Part shown: positions 1 to 9,547 of the stretch, piece by piece
Layout of the letters: each line of letters opens with the position of its first letter
Numbering within the stretch: position 1 is the first letter of the stretch
From: an uncultured Bacteriovoracaceae bacterium
GTDB taxonomy: Bacteria > Bdellovibrionota > Bacteriovoracia > Bacteriovoracales > Bacteriovoracaceae
Assembly (NCBI GenBank): GCA_964012805.1
Contig: CAXGUD010000008.1
Span: 60,067-124,066 of the forward strand
Direction: 5' to 3'
Length of the DNA stretch: 64,000 bases
Made by a program: the position numbers and the translations under genes
The notes under the pieces: generated by a model
What the model was told of the DNA's origin: nothing
The model's database searches: none
What the model saw: the letters and a program-made list of their open reading frames with translations, nothing else

Positions 1-874
1 AAAAAGTTCTTTGAGACTTTGCAAGTTGTCTTGTACTGATATTAATTCTCTCTAAATATGACTTTTGGCTGTCAAATTTACCTTCAATAAATTGTAGAGT
101 TTCTTTGTACCCAATTGACTGAAGAGGCTTTTCATCTCCTTTGAAGCCTTCTTTAAGAATCAACTTCACCTCATCAACTAGACCTTCTTTTATCATTTGT
201 TTGGTTCTTTTTTCAATAATAATTTGATGTTGATCTTTAGGGATGTCTAGGAAGGAGTGGAAAATTTTCCAATCCTGGGCTCCTCCATCTGAGAAATCAT
301 AAGGGTTTTGTGAATCAAGCCTATTTTTTTCAGAAGATATAGGAGTACCAGTTGTTTGGAAAAACTCAGTCGCTCTTATGATTCGGTAACTATCGTTTGG
401 GTGTAAATGTTCATAAGAGTAGGGGTCATGCTTTTTTAAAATTTCCAAAAAAGGAGTAATGCCTTCTGTTTGAAAAAGAATTTCATTTTTTTCTTTTAGT
501 TCCATTGGAATAGTTGGACAATCATACATTCCCTTTATAAGAGAGCGTAAATAAAAGCCACTTCCTCCAACTAAGACTGGGATAATATTATCTTCATGAA
601 GTTTTTGAATAATGGGTATTGTCTTTTTATAATAATCTGATGCATTTAATGGATTAGTTATCGAAGTAATATTAACCATGTAGTGAGAGAATTGTTTCAA
701 TTCTTTTGCTGTAGGCTTAGCTGTTCCTATATTTAGCTCATTGTAAAATAAGAGAGAGTCAAAATTAACAATAGCAAAAGGGATGTTTTTTTCTATGCCT
801 TTTTGAATGAGTTCCAAGCTTACTTTTGTTTTTCCGGATGCAGTTGGACCTGAAATGATAATAACTTTTTTCAA
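1..874 (-). CDS. miaA: tRNA dimethylallyltransferase (3' end outside window)
   Basis: Not in ORF track. Reverse strand from TTG at 874 reads MKKVIIISGPTASGKT...FDSLLFYNELNIGTAKP...VGGSGFYLRSL...HPNDSYRIIRA; directly downstream of mutL (conserved mutL-miaA order). Confidence 0.95.
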   Translation of the reverse strand, partial: MKKVIIISGPTASGKTKVSLELIQKGIEKNIPFAIVNFDSLLFYNELNIGTAKPTAKELKQFSHYMVNITSITNPLNASDYYKKTIPIIQKLHEDNIIPVLVGGSGFYLRSLIKGMYDCPTIPMELKEKNEILFQTEGITPFLEILKKHDPYSYEHLHPNDSYRIIRATEFFQTTGTPISSEKNRLDSQNPYDFSDGGAQDWKIFHSFLDIPKDQHQIIIEKRTKQMIKEGLVDEVKLILKEGFKGDEKPLQSIGYKETLQFIEGKFDSQKSYLERINISTRQLAKSQRTF

Positions 875-881
875 GGCTCAA

Positions 882-2648
882 TTACCTCTTCTTAAATTGA
901 AATAAGCCCTCAAGGGTTTTTTGATCTAAAAATTTGAAACTACTCTTTTGAGAGGTGTTTTTTAATTTATTACACATCGCTAAAAAAAACTTTTCACTCA
1001 GTTCATAGGACGATGAGGGGATGTTTTCAAGTAAAAACTCGCGGTTTTCATGAAAAAAGGATGGATTACCACTTAAGTTATTAATTTTATTTTGATTTGA
1101 AAGAAATGAGATGGTCAATATAATAGCTTGAATGAGCTCCTTATAGGGTAATAATTCAAGAAATTGAGGTATTGATCTGAGAATGAGGGTGTCTTCAGCT
1201 AGATACTCTAATTCAATTCCAAAATCTTCAAGTGATTGGAGGGTTTTTTTGCTAAAGGTGGGACCCAATACAGAAAATGGTTCACTTATAAGTAAGGGAG
1301 ACTTTTCTTCATTTTTAAAAGGAAAGTGCACTTTAAAAAAATGGAGGGCATAATCCACAAGGAGCTGTCTTTTATCAACAATAAAAGATGAGCCTTCAGC
1401 ATCTTTAAAAAGAGAGTACGTAGGGGATAAATAAAAGTATGTATTTTTGTTTTCAGCGAGTGATTCTTCTTGAGAGTATTTATAGCTGAAGTCTTGCCCA
1501 AAAGTCGACTCGGTTTGATTTTGGTTTGATGAAAAGTAATCTGTAAATGGGTTAGAGTTTAAATGAGAACTGGAAGTATTATTATCATTTAACTTTTTAT
1601 TTAAAGAAAAGGTTTCTTTTTTTAGCTCTTGGGCCAGCCCAGAGGATATAAGAGAATAGATGAGAGAGCTTTTTAAAAACTTGATTTGAGTTTTTCTCGG
1701 ATGGACATTTATATCCATATGATTTTGAGGAAGCTTAATCTTAATAAGGTAATGACCAGTTGTCCCTTCCTGCCATAAAGAAGACATCGTCCTCAAAATA
1801 AGAGCATGTATTGTTTTGTCCGCAAAGAAACGATTATTTGCAAAAAGAAATTGGCATTTGTGGGAGTTTCCTTTTGTAGATATCTTTGAAAAATATGCTT
1901 CTAGAGAATAATTATCGTAAGAGAATTCTAGTTTTTTAATTTCTTGGTTTGAGCTACTTCTTTTAAAAAAAACTTTCTGGACTCTTTTCAAATAATTTTC
2001 AGAGTTAACGGCATTATAAATTTCCTTATCTCCAGAATCGAAGGAAATCTTAAATGTTGTCTGAGGAGAAGAGAGTAGGAATGACTGGATTATTTTCCTG
2101 ATTGCATTTTTTTCTGAGTTTTTGGATTTAATAAACTTAAGTCTAACTGGAGTATTATAGAAGAGGTCCTTAATGGAAAGGGTTGTCCCTTGTTTCTCGT
2201 TAGAGACTTGGTGGTAAGTCTCTTGTTTTGAACCATTGATTACAATCTTTCCACCCATTCCATTATTTTTCGCTGTTTTGCATATGAGTCTAGAGATACT
2301 ACTAATGCTGGCAAGGGCTTCTCCTCTAAAACCAAAACTTGACAGGTTATAAAGGTCATCAAGGTTATTAATTTTTGAGGTCGCGTGGCGACAAAATGCA
2401 TAGGGGAGCTCTTCGTAGCTCATGCCTTTTCCGTTATCTTTTATACTTATGAGTTCTAATCCATTTTCAATAATATGGACCTCAATTTCAGTAGAGTCTG
2501 CATCAAGTGAGTTTTCTATAACCTCTTTAATGAGTGAAGCGGGCCTTTCTATGACTTCACCCGCTTTGATCTGGTTAACTAAGAACTCGGGGAGAAGATT
2601 TATTGAGCAAGTTTCATGTTCACTAGTTGAATGATCGGTAATTCTCAT
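882..2648 (-). CDS. mutL: DNA mismatch repair protein MutL
   Basis: GEVIERPASLIKEVIENSLDA, DNGKGM, HATSKI and GFRGEALASI GHKL motifs, plus DINVHP. Confidence 0.93.
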   Translation of the reverse strand: MRITDHSTSEHETCSINLLPEFLVNQIKAGEVIERPASLIKEVIENSLDADSTEIEVHIIENGLELISIKDNGKGMSYEELPYAFCRHATSKINNLDDLYNLSSFGFRGEALASISSISRLICKTAKNNGMGGKIVINGSKQETYHQVSNEKQGTTLSIKDLFYNTPVRLKFIKSKNSEKNAIRKIIQSFLLSSPQTTFKISFDSGDKEIYNAVNSENYLKRVQKVFFKRSSSNQEIKKLEFSYDNYSLEAYFSKISTKGNSHKCQFLFANNRFFADKTIHALILRTMSSLWQEGTTGHYLIKIKLPQNHMDINVHPRKTQIKFLKSSLIYSLISSGLAQELKKETFSLNKKLNDNNTSSSHLNSNPFTDYFSSNQNQTESTFGQDFSYKYSQEESLAENKNTYFYLSPTYSLFKDAEGSSFIVDKRQLLVDYALHFFKVHFPFKNEEKSPLLISEPFSVLGPTFSKKTLQSLEDFGIELEYLAEDTLILRSIPQFLELLPYKELIQAIILTISFLSNQNKINNLSGNPSFFHENREFLLENIPSSSYELSEKFFLAMCNKLKNTSQKSSFKFLDQKTLEGLFQFKKR

Positions 2649-2695
2649 GATGGGATGCTTTATAAAGTCTATTTGTTAGTGTCATATGGTACACT

Positions 2696-3601
2696 CTAGT
2701 CTCTATAAAACTTAACTTGATTTCGTCCACCTTTTTTTGCTTGATAGACTGATTCGTCTGCCCTTTTAAATAGGTCTGTTCCCGTTTTTACGCCTTTTCT
2801 ATAGTCTGCGAGTCCAATGGAAGCAGTCACAGGCATTTCTTTGCCTTCGTAGATAAATTGATGCTTTTCAATAAGAACTCTTAGTCTTTCCGCAATTTCA
2901 AAGGAGTTTTTTATGTTTGTTTTTGGCAACAAAATAACGAACTCCTCTCCGCCGTAACGAGCAAAGATATCGAGTTCTCTCACTCCATTAGCTCTTATGA
3001 GTTCCGCAAGTTCCTTTAAAACAAAATCCCCTGCATCATGGCCAAAATTGTCGTTAAGGTGCTTGAAGTGGTCCAAGTCGAAAATAATGAGGGAGAGTGG
3101 GTTTCCTGTTGTTTTACAATTGCCTATTTCATTTTCCAGAGCTTTGTTAAAATAAGATTTGTTAAAGCATCCAGTGTGCTTGTCTGTATTAGCTTCTTGC
3201 TTAAGTTTATCGTAGGTGAGTCTTTCAGGGTCTCCTTTGGGTAGATATTTCAGAGCAATACTACCAATTTTAATCATATCCCCTTTTTCAAGGGTTGTTG
3301 GTCCGCTAATTTTTTTATTGTTGACGAAAGTGCCATTCTTGGACCCTAGATCTTCTATGACAACCGTATTTTCCTCCATGACAATTTTAAAATGATTTCT
3401 AGAAATTCCACCAAACTCAAGCTGAATTTGATTATTTGAATTTCTTCCAGCGGTAATTTCGTTTTCTAGAAGGTCAAAAAGAGTTCCATTAAGATCTCCA
3501 CCCACGATTAAGAGGGCCGGAGGTTGATTTTTAGCTTCGCTTTCTGCGCTTCCCAAAGCTGATTTGATATCTTTAAGAACAATAGTTGAATCATCGGCCA
3601 T
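2696..3601 (-). CDS. FHA-domain diguanylate cyclase (DgcB-like)
   Basis: FHA motifs (AGR, ISRNH, DLGSKNGTFVN) followed by GGDEF domain (DLDHFK, FGHDAGD, RELD I-site, ARYGGEEF). Confidence 0.92.
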   Translation of the reverse strand: MADDSTIVLKDIKSALGSAESEAKNQPPALLIVGGDLNGTLFDLLENEITAGRNSNNQIQLEFGGISRNHFKIVMEENTVVIEDLGSKNGTFVNNKKISGPTTLEKGDMIKIGSIALKYLPKGDPERLTYDKLKQEANTDKHTGCFNKSYFNKALENEIGNCKTTGNPLSLIIFDLDHFKHLNDNFGHDAGDFVLKELAELIRANGVRELDIFARYGGEEFVILLPKTNIKNSFEIAERLRVLIEKHQFIYEGKEMPVTASIGLADYRKGVKTGTDLFKRADESVYQAKKGGRNQVKFYRD

Positions 3602-3747
3602 TATAGTACCTTTGTCTAAGCAATTATTTAAGTTAGAGTTTTCAGCTTGGCTTTTATGGTATCACTTGGCTTAATTAGAACAAAGAGGATAGAACTTTCC
3701 TAGAAATAGCAAAGTGTCTATCCTCAAAATTTGTGAGGGAATTGAGA

Positions 3748-4890
3748 TTAACTTTCTTCTTTTCCTAAAAGGGTTTTTGCAATAATCATGATCATAATTT
3801 CGTTTGTTCCAGCGCCAATTTCATTAAGTTTATTATCTCTCAAAAACCTCTCTACAGGAAATTCTCTACTATAGCCATAACCACCATGAAGTTGAATGGC
3901 ATCAAGAGCGATTTTTGTGGCCATCTTAGGAATCGCAAGTTTTACCTGGGCTGCAATCAAAGGACCCTTTTTTCCTTGATCATATTCTTTTGCAACTGAG
4001 TAAAGAAAATGTTTCATCATTTCAGTTTCTGTCGACATTTCTGAAATCATTTTTTGAATGAGTTGGTAGTCACCAATTCTTTTTCCAAACTGTTTTCGTT
4101 CTTTTGCATATTTAACACATTGATCTACACAAGACCTGGCGATGCCAAGTGAAATACCTGCTATAGTGATACGTTCAATCTCTAGGTTCTGCATCATGTG
4201 GTAGGTAGAGTCACCTTCATTACCAACTCTAGAGCTTAGCGGGACTCTGCTTTTATCAAAAACAAGTTCACCAGTAGGTGAAGCCCTCATACCCATTTTG
4301 TGAATAGGTTTCCCTACAGTGAACTCATTATTATTTTTGTCTAGAATAAAAGTTGTAAGGTTCTTTTTCTCAGACCCTGTGCGGGTATAGATATAGGCTA
4401 TATCAGAGTATTGTGCATTGGTGATCCACATTTTAGTACCATTAATTTCGTACTCATCTCCAATTTGTTGAGCTTTCGTTTGAATTCCTATCGCATCTGA
4501 ACCATTTTCAGGTTCACTCATACCCATGCAGCCGATATGTTCCCCGGAAATTAATTTTGGGAGATATTTTTCTTTTTGCTCTTCGCTTCCATTTTGCTGA
4601 ATGTTATTGACGCATAAGATGCTATGAGCAAGGTAACTTAGGGTTGATGAGGCACATACTGCTCCAAATTCTTCCATAACAATAGTAGCTGCTGTAGCCC
4701 CTAAGCCTGAACCACCATATTTAGGGTCAGCTGTTATACCTAGGAGGCCAAGTTCGCCCATTTTTTTAAAAGCTTTGAGGTTAAAGGTTTCCTTTTCATC
4801 ATGTTCTTGTGCGTAAGGAGCTAATTCGTTTTGCGCAAAGTCACGACAGACTTTCTGCAACTCTTTTTCTTCATCAGTAAAAAACCACAT
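3748..4890 (-). CDS. acyl-CoA dehydrogenase (isovaleryl-CoA dehydrogenase-like)
   Basis: MSEPENGSDA, NGTKMWITN, KMGMRASPTGEL, ERKQFG, QLHGGYGY, EIGAGTNEI. Confidence 0.92.
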   Translation of the reverse strand: MWFFTDEEKELQKVCRDFAQNELAPYAQEHDEKETFNLKAFKKMGELGLLGITADPKYGGSGLGATAATIVMEEFGAVCASSTLSYLAHSILCVNNIQQNGSEEQKEKYLPKLISGEHIGCMGMSEPENGSDAIGIQTKAQQIGDEYEINGTKMWITNAQYSDIAYIYTRTGSEKKNLTTFILDKNNNEFTVGKPIHKMGMRASPTGELVFDKSRVPLSSRVGNEGDSTYHMMQNLEIERITIAGISLGIARSCVDQCVKYAKERKQFGKRIGDYQLIQKMISEMSTETEMMKHFLYSVAKEYDQGKKGPLIAAQVKLAIPKMATKIALDAIQLHGGYGYSREFPVERFLRDNKLNEIGAGTNEIMIMIIAKTLLGKEES

Positions 4891-5026
4891 GCTTTAACCC
4901 TTTCTTGATGGAATTTGATTATTTAAATGTCCTGAATCTACCCTTCAACCCTAAGAATGACAACTTTACATCATTGAAATCGAAAGGGTAAAATTTTCTT
5001 TGGTAACGTCTTGTGAGGTATGAATT

Positions 5027-6760
5027 TTGTCATTGATGACACCTGTACTTAAGGAAGAAGACACTATATTTCCTGGAGAAGGATGGTTTTTCTACTGGAA
5101 GACTTCGCCCTCTTTATGGGAAGAGAAGGTAAAGAGTTGTCTCTCGAGGTACCTCATCTGTCCCATTTTTTGGGGACATCATGTCACCTCAGAAAATAAA
5201 TTTGATTTTGGAGAAGCCGTTCCGGAAACAGATCTGAAAAAGTTAACTGATATTGCATCGCGTTTTGAAAAGGAAGTCATCTTCTTTCTGCCTTTAGGGC
5301 CAGCTCCCTTTTTACCTAACGGTGGAGTTCCCTCATCCATTTCAAGGTATTTCTCTTCTAATGGAAGGGGAATGACTCTTAGCGCTGTTGATTCTAGTGG
5401 AAACATCAATAAAATGGTGTCCTTTTTTGACCATCGTATATTTCATGCCTACTCAAACTTTATCACTACTTTAGGTAATTTTTTTGAATCAAATGGAATA
5501 GAGGCAAATGTCTTTGGCGTTGAAAGCTATTACTATGAAGAAAATCAGACAAAAGACTATATGGAAGACTACTCAAGGGTTTTTGAGGAAGCCTTCGCAC
5601 GTTATTTAAACGAGCCAACAAACAGAGAAAAAGTCGAGGAATTAAAAAAACTAGAGGATGATCCTGAAAAAATAAGGGCTTTGGCCAAGCTTAACTTTTC
5701 TAATTCAATAAAAGAATTATATCGAGGCTTGGCCGAGGATGCTTTGGGAACTTTTTGGGAAGGTAAAATAGAGTATGTGTTTTTAGGAGGGGGGACAAAG
5801 GACCTTGTTTCAAGGATATTTGATATTGAGGACTCAGAAGTCTACTCGAAGCAGCTTTTTAAAAGTTTAAGTATCAGGTTAACGCCTTCCTCTATCCTTC
5901 TACCTTTTGGGCTAAAATCAACATTACTCAGGAAACAGTTCTTAGACATTGTGGAAAACTGCCTTAATTTTCAGAATTTTGGTAAAAAACTATTTTGTGA
6001 AAAAGGGGAATCTTTTTATTTAGCTCATCACTCATTTGAGCTTTTTTATGGACTGGATGAAGGTCGTAATTGGGATAAAATGAGCCTCTTGCCCTATATC
6101 CGAAGCATTTATCCATATACTTACAAATTAAAGAGTTTGGAGGACTTAATTTTTTCTGAGGATATTGATTACAATCAAAAGGTTATTTTTGTTGAAGGAA
6201 AAGGTTTAACTAAGAAAATTTTAAATTTTATTTTAAGAATATTTATGAATGGTGGAAATATTGTATTAAACACCAAGGGTCTTAATGATCAGTGTAAGAA
6301 AAGGCTTGAGCTCTTCATTTTAGAAAATGGAATTGAGTCAGAAAAAATCAACTTTAAATGTTCCTTAGAATATATGTCATTGGGAGATGGCAAATTTATT
6401 ATTTTGAATGGAAATGAATTAGAGGAAAATTCTCAAAACCAGCTTCTGTTTTTTTGGGAAAGAGTTTTGAATATCTTTGATTGTAAACACCCAAAGTTCA
6501 AAGGAGCTGATGACTTACTCTTCTTTTGGAAATATAGAGAGACTAACTCAATGGATTTAAACTTTGAAGAAATTCGAAGGCTTTCAGTTTATAACCCGAC
6601 CAGTTACAAGAAGAAAGTGAAAGTTTGTTTAGAAAAAAGTTTCTCTCTTATTAAGCTTCTTGATCAGGGTGGTGTTCAAGTATCTACACAGCCTTATCAA
6701 ATTGAAATAAAGCTATCACCAGGAGGTTTTCTTTCTTTAGACCTAGGTGTTTATTCGTAA
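5027..6760 (+). CDS. hypothetical protein with divergent GH35/GH42 beta-galactosidase-like N-terminus
   Basis: 577-aa ORF; PIFWGHH...KFDFG...DLKKLTDIA...VIFFLPLGP...NGGVPS resembles the GH35 pattern YVFWNxHE...FDF...DL..F...A...VILRPGP...GGxP. Confidence 0.55.
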   Translation: MSLMTPVLKEEDTIFPGEGWFFYWKTSPSLWEEKVKSCLSRYLICPIFWGHHVTSENKFDFGEAVPETDLKKLTDIASRFEKEVIFFLPLGPAPFLPNGGVPSSISRYFSSNGRGMTLSAVDSSGNINKMVSFFDHRIFHAYSNFITTLGNFFESNGIEANVFGVESYYYEENQTKDYMEDYSRVFEEAFARYLNEPTNREKVEELKKLEDDPEKIRALAKLNFSNSIKELYRGLAEDALGTFWEGKIEYVFLGGGTKDLVSRIFDIEDSEVYSKQLFKSLSIRLTPSSILLPFGLKSTLLRKQFLDIVENCLNFQNFGKKLFCEKGESFYLAHHSFELFYGLDEGRNWDKMSLLPYIRSIYPYTYKLKSLEDLIFSEDIDYNQKVIFVEGKGLTKKILNFILRIFMNGGNIVLNTKGLNDQCKKRLELFILENGIESEKINFKCSLEYMSLGDGKFIILNGNELEENSQNQLLFFWERVLNIFDCKHPKFKGADDLLFFWKYRETNSMDLNFEEIRRLSVYNPTSYKKKVKVCLEKSFSLIKLLDQGGVQVSTQPYQIEIKLSPGGFLSLDLGVYS

Positions 6761-6775
6761 TTTTTTGGGGGTCCA

Positions 6776-7234
6776 ATGAATGAGCAAGAGGATATGGGTG
6801 TCTCTCTGCTAGAGGAAAACAAACTATTTGTCGTCTACGATTATGAGTCGGGTCGGAAGGAAAACTACTCGGGAGGCGGTGAAAAAGTATTTATTTTTCA
6901 TTGTTTAAATAAATTTGGTTACCTGGACGATACAGTTATTAAAGATAACTTTGATAAGATAGGACATAAACTTAATGTCAGTTATTTAAGTAAAAAAATG
7001 ATAGGACCATTTTCAAATAACTCAGAACTAGAAACCTGCCTTGAAAAGTTTGTGAATGTTCATGATTACAACGGAATCATCCTACTTTCTTTAAGTGAGT
7101 TTAACGAGGTTCTAATCACAGCCAAGGATATTCAAGAGACTAGGAAAGGTCTTTTAAAAAAGGGGAAACTCCTACTTTCTTCCAAAAAAAACGCTCCTGG
7201 AAGATCTTTGATGAAAAAAATCTTTGGTTCATAG
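6776..7234 (+). CDS. hypothetical protein
   Basis: 152-aa ORF with GGGGG RBS, 15 bp after previous gene. Confidence 0.7.
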   Translation: MNEQEDMGVSLLEENKLFVVYDYESGRKENYSGGGEKVFIFHCLNKFGYLDDTVIKDNFDKIGHKLNVSYLSKKMIGPFSNNSELETCLEKFVNVHDYNGIILLSLSEFNEVLITAKDIQETRKGLLKKGKLLLSSKKNAPGRSLMKKIFGS

Positions 7235-7441
7235 CGGATATCTAAAAAATCAATTTTAGAAGCTTATTTTTTGGTTCTTTTCCACTATTTTTTTCAAATT
7301 GTAAGGTTTTAAGTGTCAATTTAAGGCCTTTTTTTTCAATGCTCTTGATCTCTTAGGAACAAGCTAGTAAGTCTGAGTTCTAATTAGGTTCGGCTTTTTT
7401 AAGTTCTTGCTATAAATAAGTTTTATTTCTAAGGATCAGTT

Positions 7442-8521
7442 TTGAAGGTAAAAAAGAGCCTCTTTTCTTTTTCCCTTGAAGAGATGAGAGATTACTTAAC
7501 AGAAAACCAATTTTCCCGATTTAGTGCAGATCAAATTTTTAATTGGGTATACAAAAAGTTTGTCTTTGATTTGGAGGGGTGGAGCAATGTGTCCAAAAAG
7601 ATCAAGGAGCACTTTTTAGAGAATATAGATTTATCGTTACCTAAAATTGTTTGGAATGGTTTGTCTGAGGATGGAACAAGAAAGTTTTTAACAAGATTTT
7701 CTGATGGTCAAACTGTAGAGAACGTTGCGATACCTGGCAAAGATAGGCTAACAATTTGTTTGTCTTCACAAGTTGGCTGCGCAATTGGCTGCGTTTTTTG
7801 TCATACAGGCACTATGGGACTTAAAAGGAACTTGGGAAGTGGCGAAATCATTGGTCAGTTTTTATCAATTACAAAATGGCTCAAAGAAAATGTTGGGGAT
7901 GATGTTAGGTTTACTAATGTTGTTTATATGGGACAGGGTGAACCACTTCACAACTTTGCTAACGTTAAGCAGGCAACAAAGTTACTTTTAGAGGATAAAG
8001 GTATTGGCTTAGGCCAGAGAAGAATAACTTTGTCTACTTCAGGTTTGGTTCATCAAATTGAAAAGTTAGGTGACTTTCCGCCAGTCAATATTGCTATATC
8101 TTTGCATGCGTCGCATGATAATATACGAACAGAGCTCATGCCAATTAACAAAATTTATGATTTAAAGAGGCTTTTTAGTGCCATAAAAAAGATACCTCTT
8201 AAAGCTTATAGAAGAATAACCTATGAGTATATCTTGATAGATGGGCTGAATGACCGATTGGAAGATATTGAAGGCTTAGATCACTTATTGAACTCTAGAG
8301 AATCAAAGATTAATATTATTCCTTTTAATGAATACCCTGAGTCTGCTTTCAAAAGACCTTCGCCAGAAAAAATTAGATGGTTTCAAAAAGAACTCTTAGA
8401 TAGGGGTTATATAACGACTGTTCGAGTTACGATGGGACAGGATATCTTAGCTGCATGCGGACAATTAAAAAGTGAGCTAGAAAAGCCCAATCTCTGGAAA
8501 AAAGAACAAATAATGGCTTAA
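7442..8521 (+). CDS. rlmN: 23S rRNA (A2503-C2)/tRNA methyltransferase RlmN
   Basis: CLSSQVGCAIGCVFCHTG radical-SAM motif, MGQGEP, ISLHA, DILAACGQL. Confidence 0.96.
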   Translation: MKVKKSLFSFSLEEMRDYLTENQFSRFSADQIFNWVYKKFVFDLEGWSNVSKKIKEHFLENIDLSLPKIVWNGLSEDGTRKFLTRFSDGQTVENVAIPGKDRLTICLSSQVGCAIGCVFCHTGTMGLKRNLGSGEIIGQFLSITKWLKENVGDDVRFTNVVYMGQGEPLHNFANVKQATKLLLEDKGIGLGQRRITLSTSGLVHQIEKLGDFPPVNIAISLHASHDNIRTELMPINKIYDLKRLFSAIKKIPLKAYRRITYEYILIDGLNDRLEDIEGLDHLLNSRESKINIIPFNEYPESAFKRPSPEKIRWFQKELLDRGYITTVRVTMGQDILAACGQLKSELEKPNLWKKEQIMA

Positions 8522-8609
8522 CAGCTCCCTCCAACAATTTTACGAAACTACCTATTTATGGGATTATCAAAAGTATCTATGCTCAATTTTTTTGTGGGAG
8601 GTCGTTTCC

Positions 8610-9527
8610 GTGTCTGAGTCAAAAAATAGGGGAGTTATTGGTATTCTCCTTATGGTCTTTATTTTCTTTGTCATTCTTATGATTTTTGCCTTTTACACGG
8701 TGAATGCATTTAAAAAGAGCAACTTTGATAATCAATTTATGAATACGGGTAAAGAATCTATTGCCGTCGTTGAGATAAATGGTCCGATAATCACTTCAAA
8801 AGATACAATCGAAAGACTACATCAAGCTGAGAAGGATAAGAGGTATAAGGCAGTTATTGTGAGAATTAATTCTCCTGGAGGACCGGTTGCACCTACTCAA
8901 GAAATTTATCAAGAAATAAGAAGAATTGATGAGAGTGTTAAGCCTGTCTACACAAGTTTTGGCTCTATTGCAGCCAGTGGTGGCTATTATGTCGGGACTG
9001 CAGGAAGAAAAATATTCTCTAACCCAGGAACTTTAACAGGTTCAATCGGTGTTATTTCTCAATTTGTTGATCTATCCAAACTTCTTAAATCATTCAAAAT
9101 AAATCCTTATATAATTAAAGCTGGAAAATATAAAGACTTGGGTCAACCGACTAGGGCTTTAACTAAAGAAGAAAAAATTATAATGAAAAAGCTCCTTAAG
9201 AACGTCCATAAGCAATTTGTTAATGACATTCTCAAAACAAGAAAAGACAAGATTAAAGGTAATATTTGGCAATATGCCCAAGGGCAAGTGTTTTCTGGGG
9301 AAGAAGCTGAAAAGTATGGTTTAGTAGATGAATTGGCTGGCTTATGGGATGCCGGGAGAAAAATTCATAAAGAGCTAGGAATTAAATCTCCTTTCGGACT
9401 TAAATTTATAAAAAAGAAGAAAAAGCTATCTTTAATGCAGCTTGTAGAAGGACTTGATGATGTTGCAAAAGGTATGACTTCAAACCTTCTTTCTCAAGCT
9501 GTTCCAATGTTTCTTTATAAGCAATAG
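8610..9527 (+). CDS. sppA: signal peptide peptidase SppA (S49)
   Basis: N-terminal TM, RINSPGG, AASGGYY, TGSIGV, KAGKYKD; probable GTG start at 8610 after GGAGG (ORF track starts 8592). Confidence 0.92.
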   Translation: MSESKNRGVIGILLMVFIFFVILMIFAFYTVNAFKKSNFDNQFMNTGKESIAVVEINGPIITSKDTIERLHQAEKDKRYKAVIVRINSPGGPVAPTQEIYQEIRRIDESVKPVYTSFGSIAASGGYYVGTAGRKIFSNPGTLTGSIGVISQFVDLSKLLKSFKINPYIIKAGKYKDLGQPTRALTKEEKIIMKKLLKNVHKQFVNDILKTRKDKIKGNIWQYAQGQVFSGEEAEKYGLVDELAGLWDAGRKIHKELGIKSPFGLKFIKKKKKLSLMQLVEGLDDVAKGMTSNLLSQAVPMFLYKQ

Positions 9528-9547
9528 GTAGAGAGAGGGGGGCTTCT

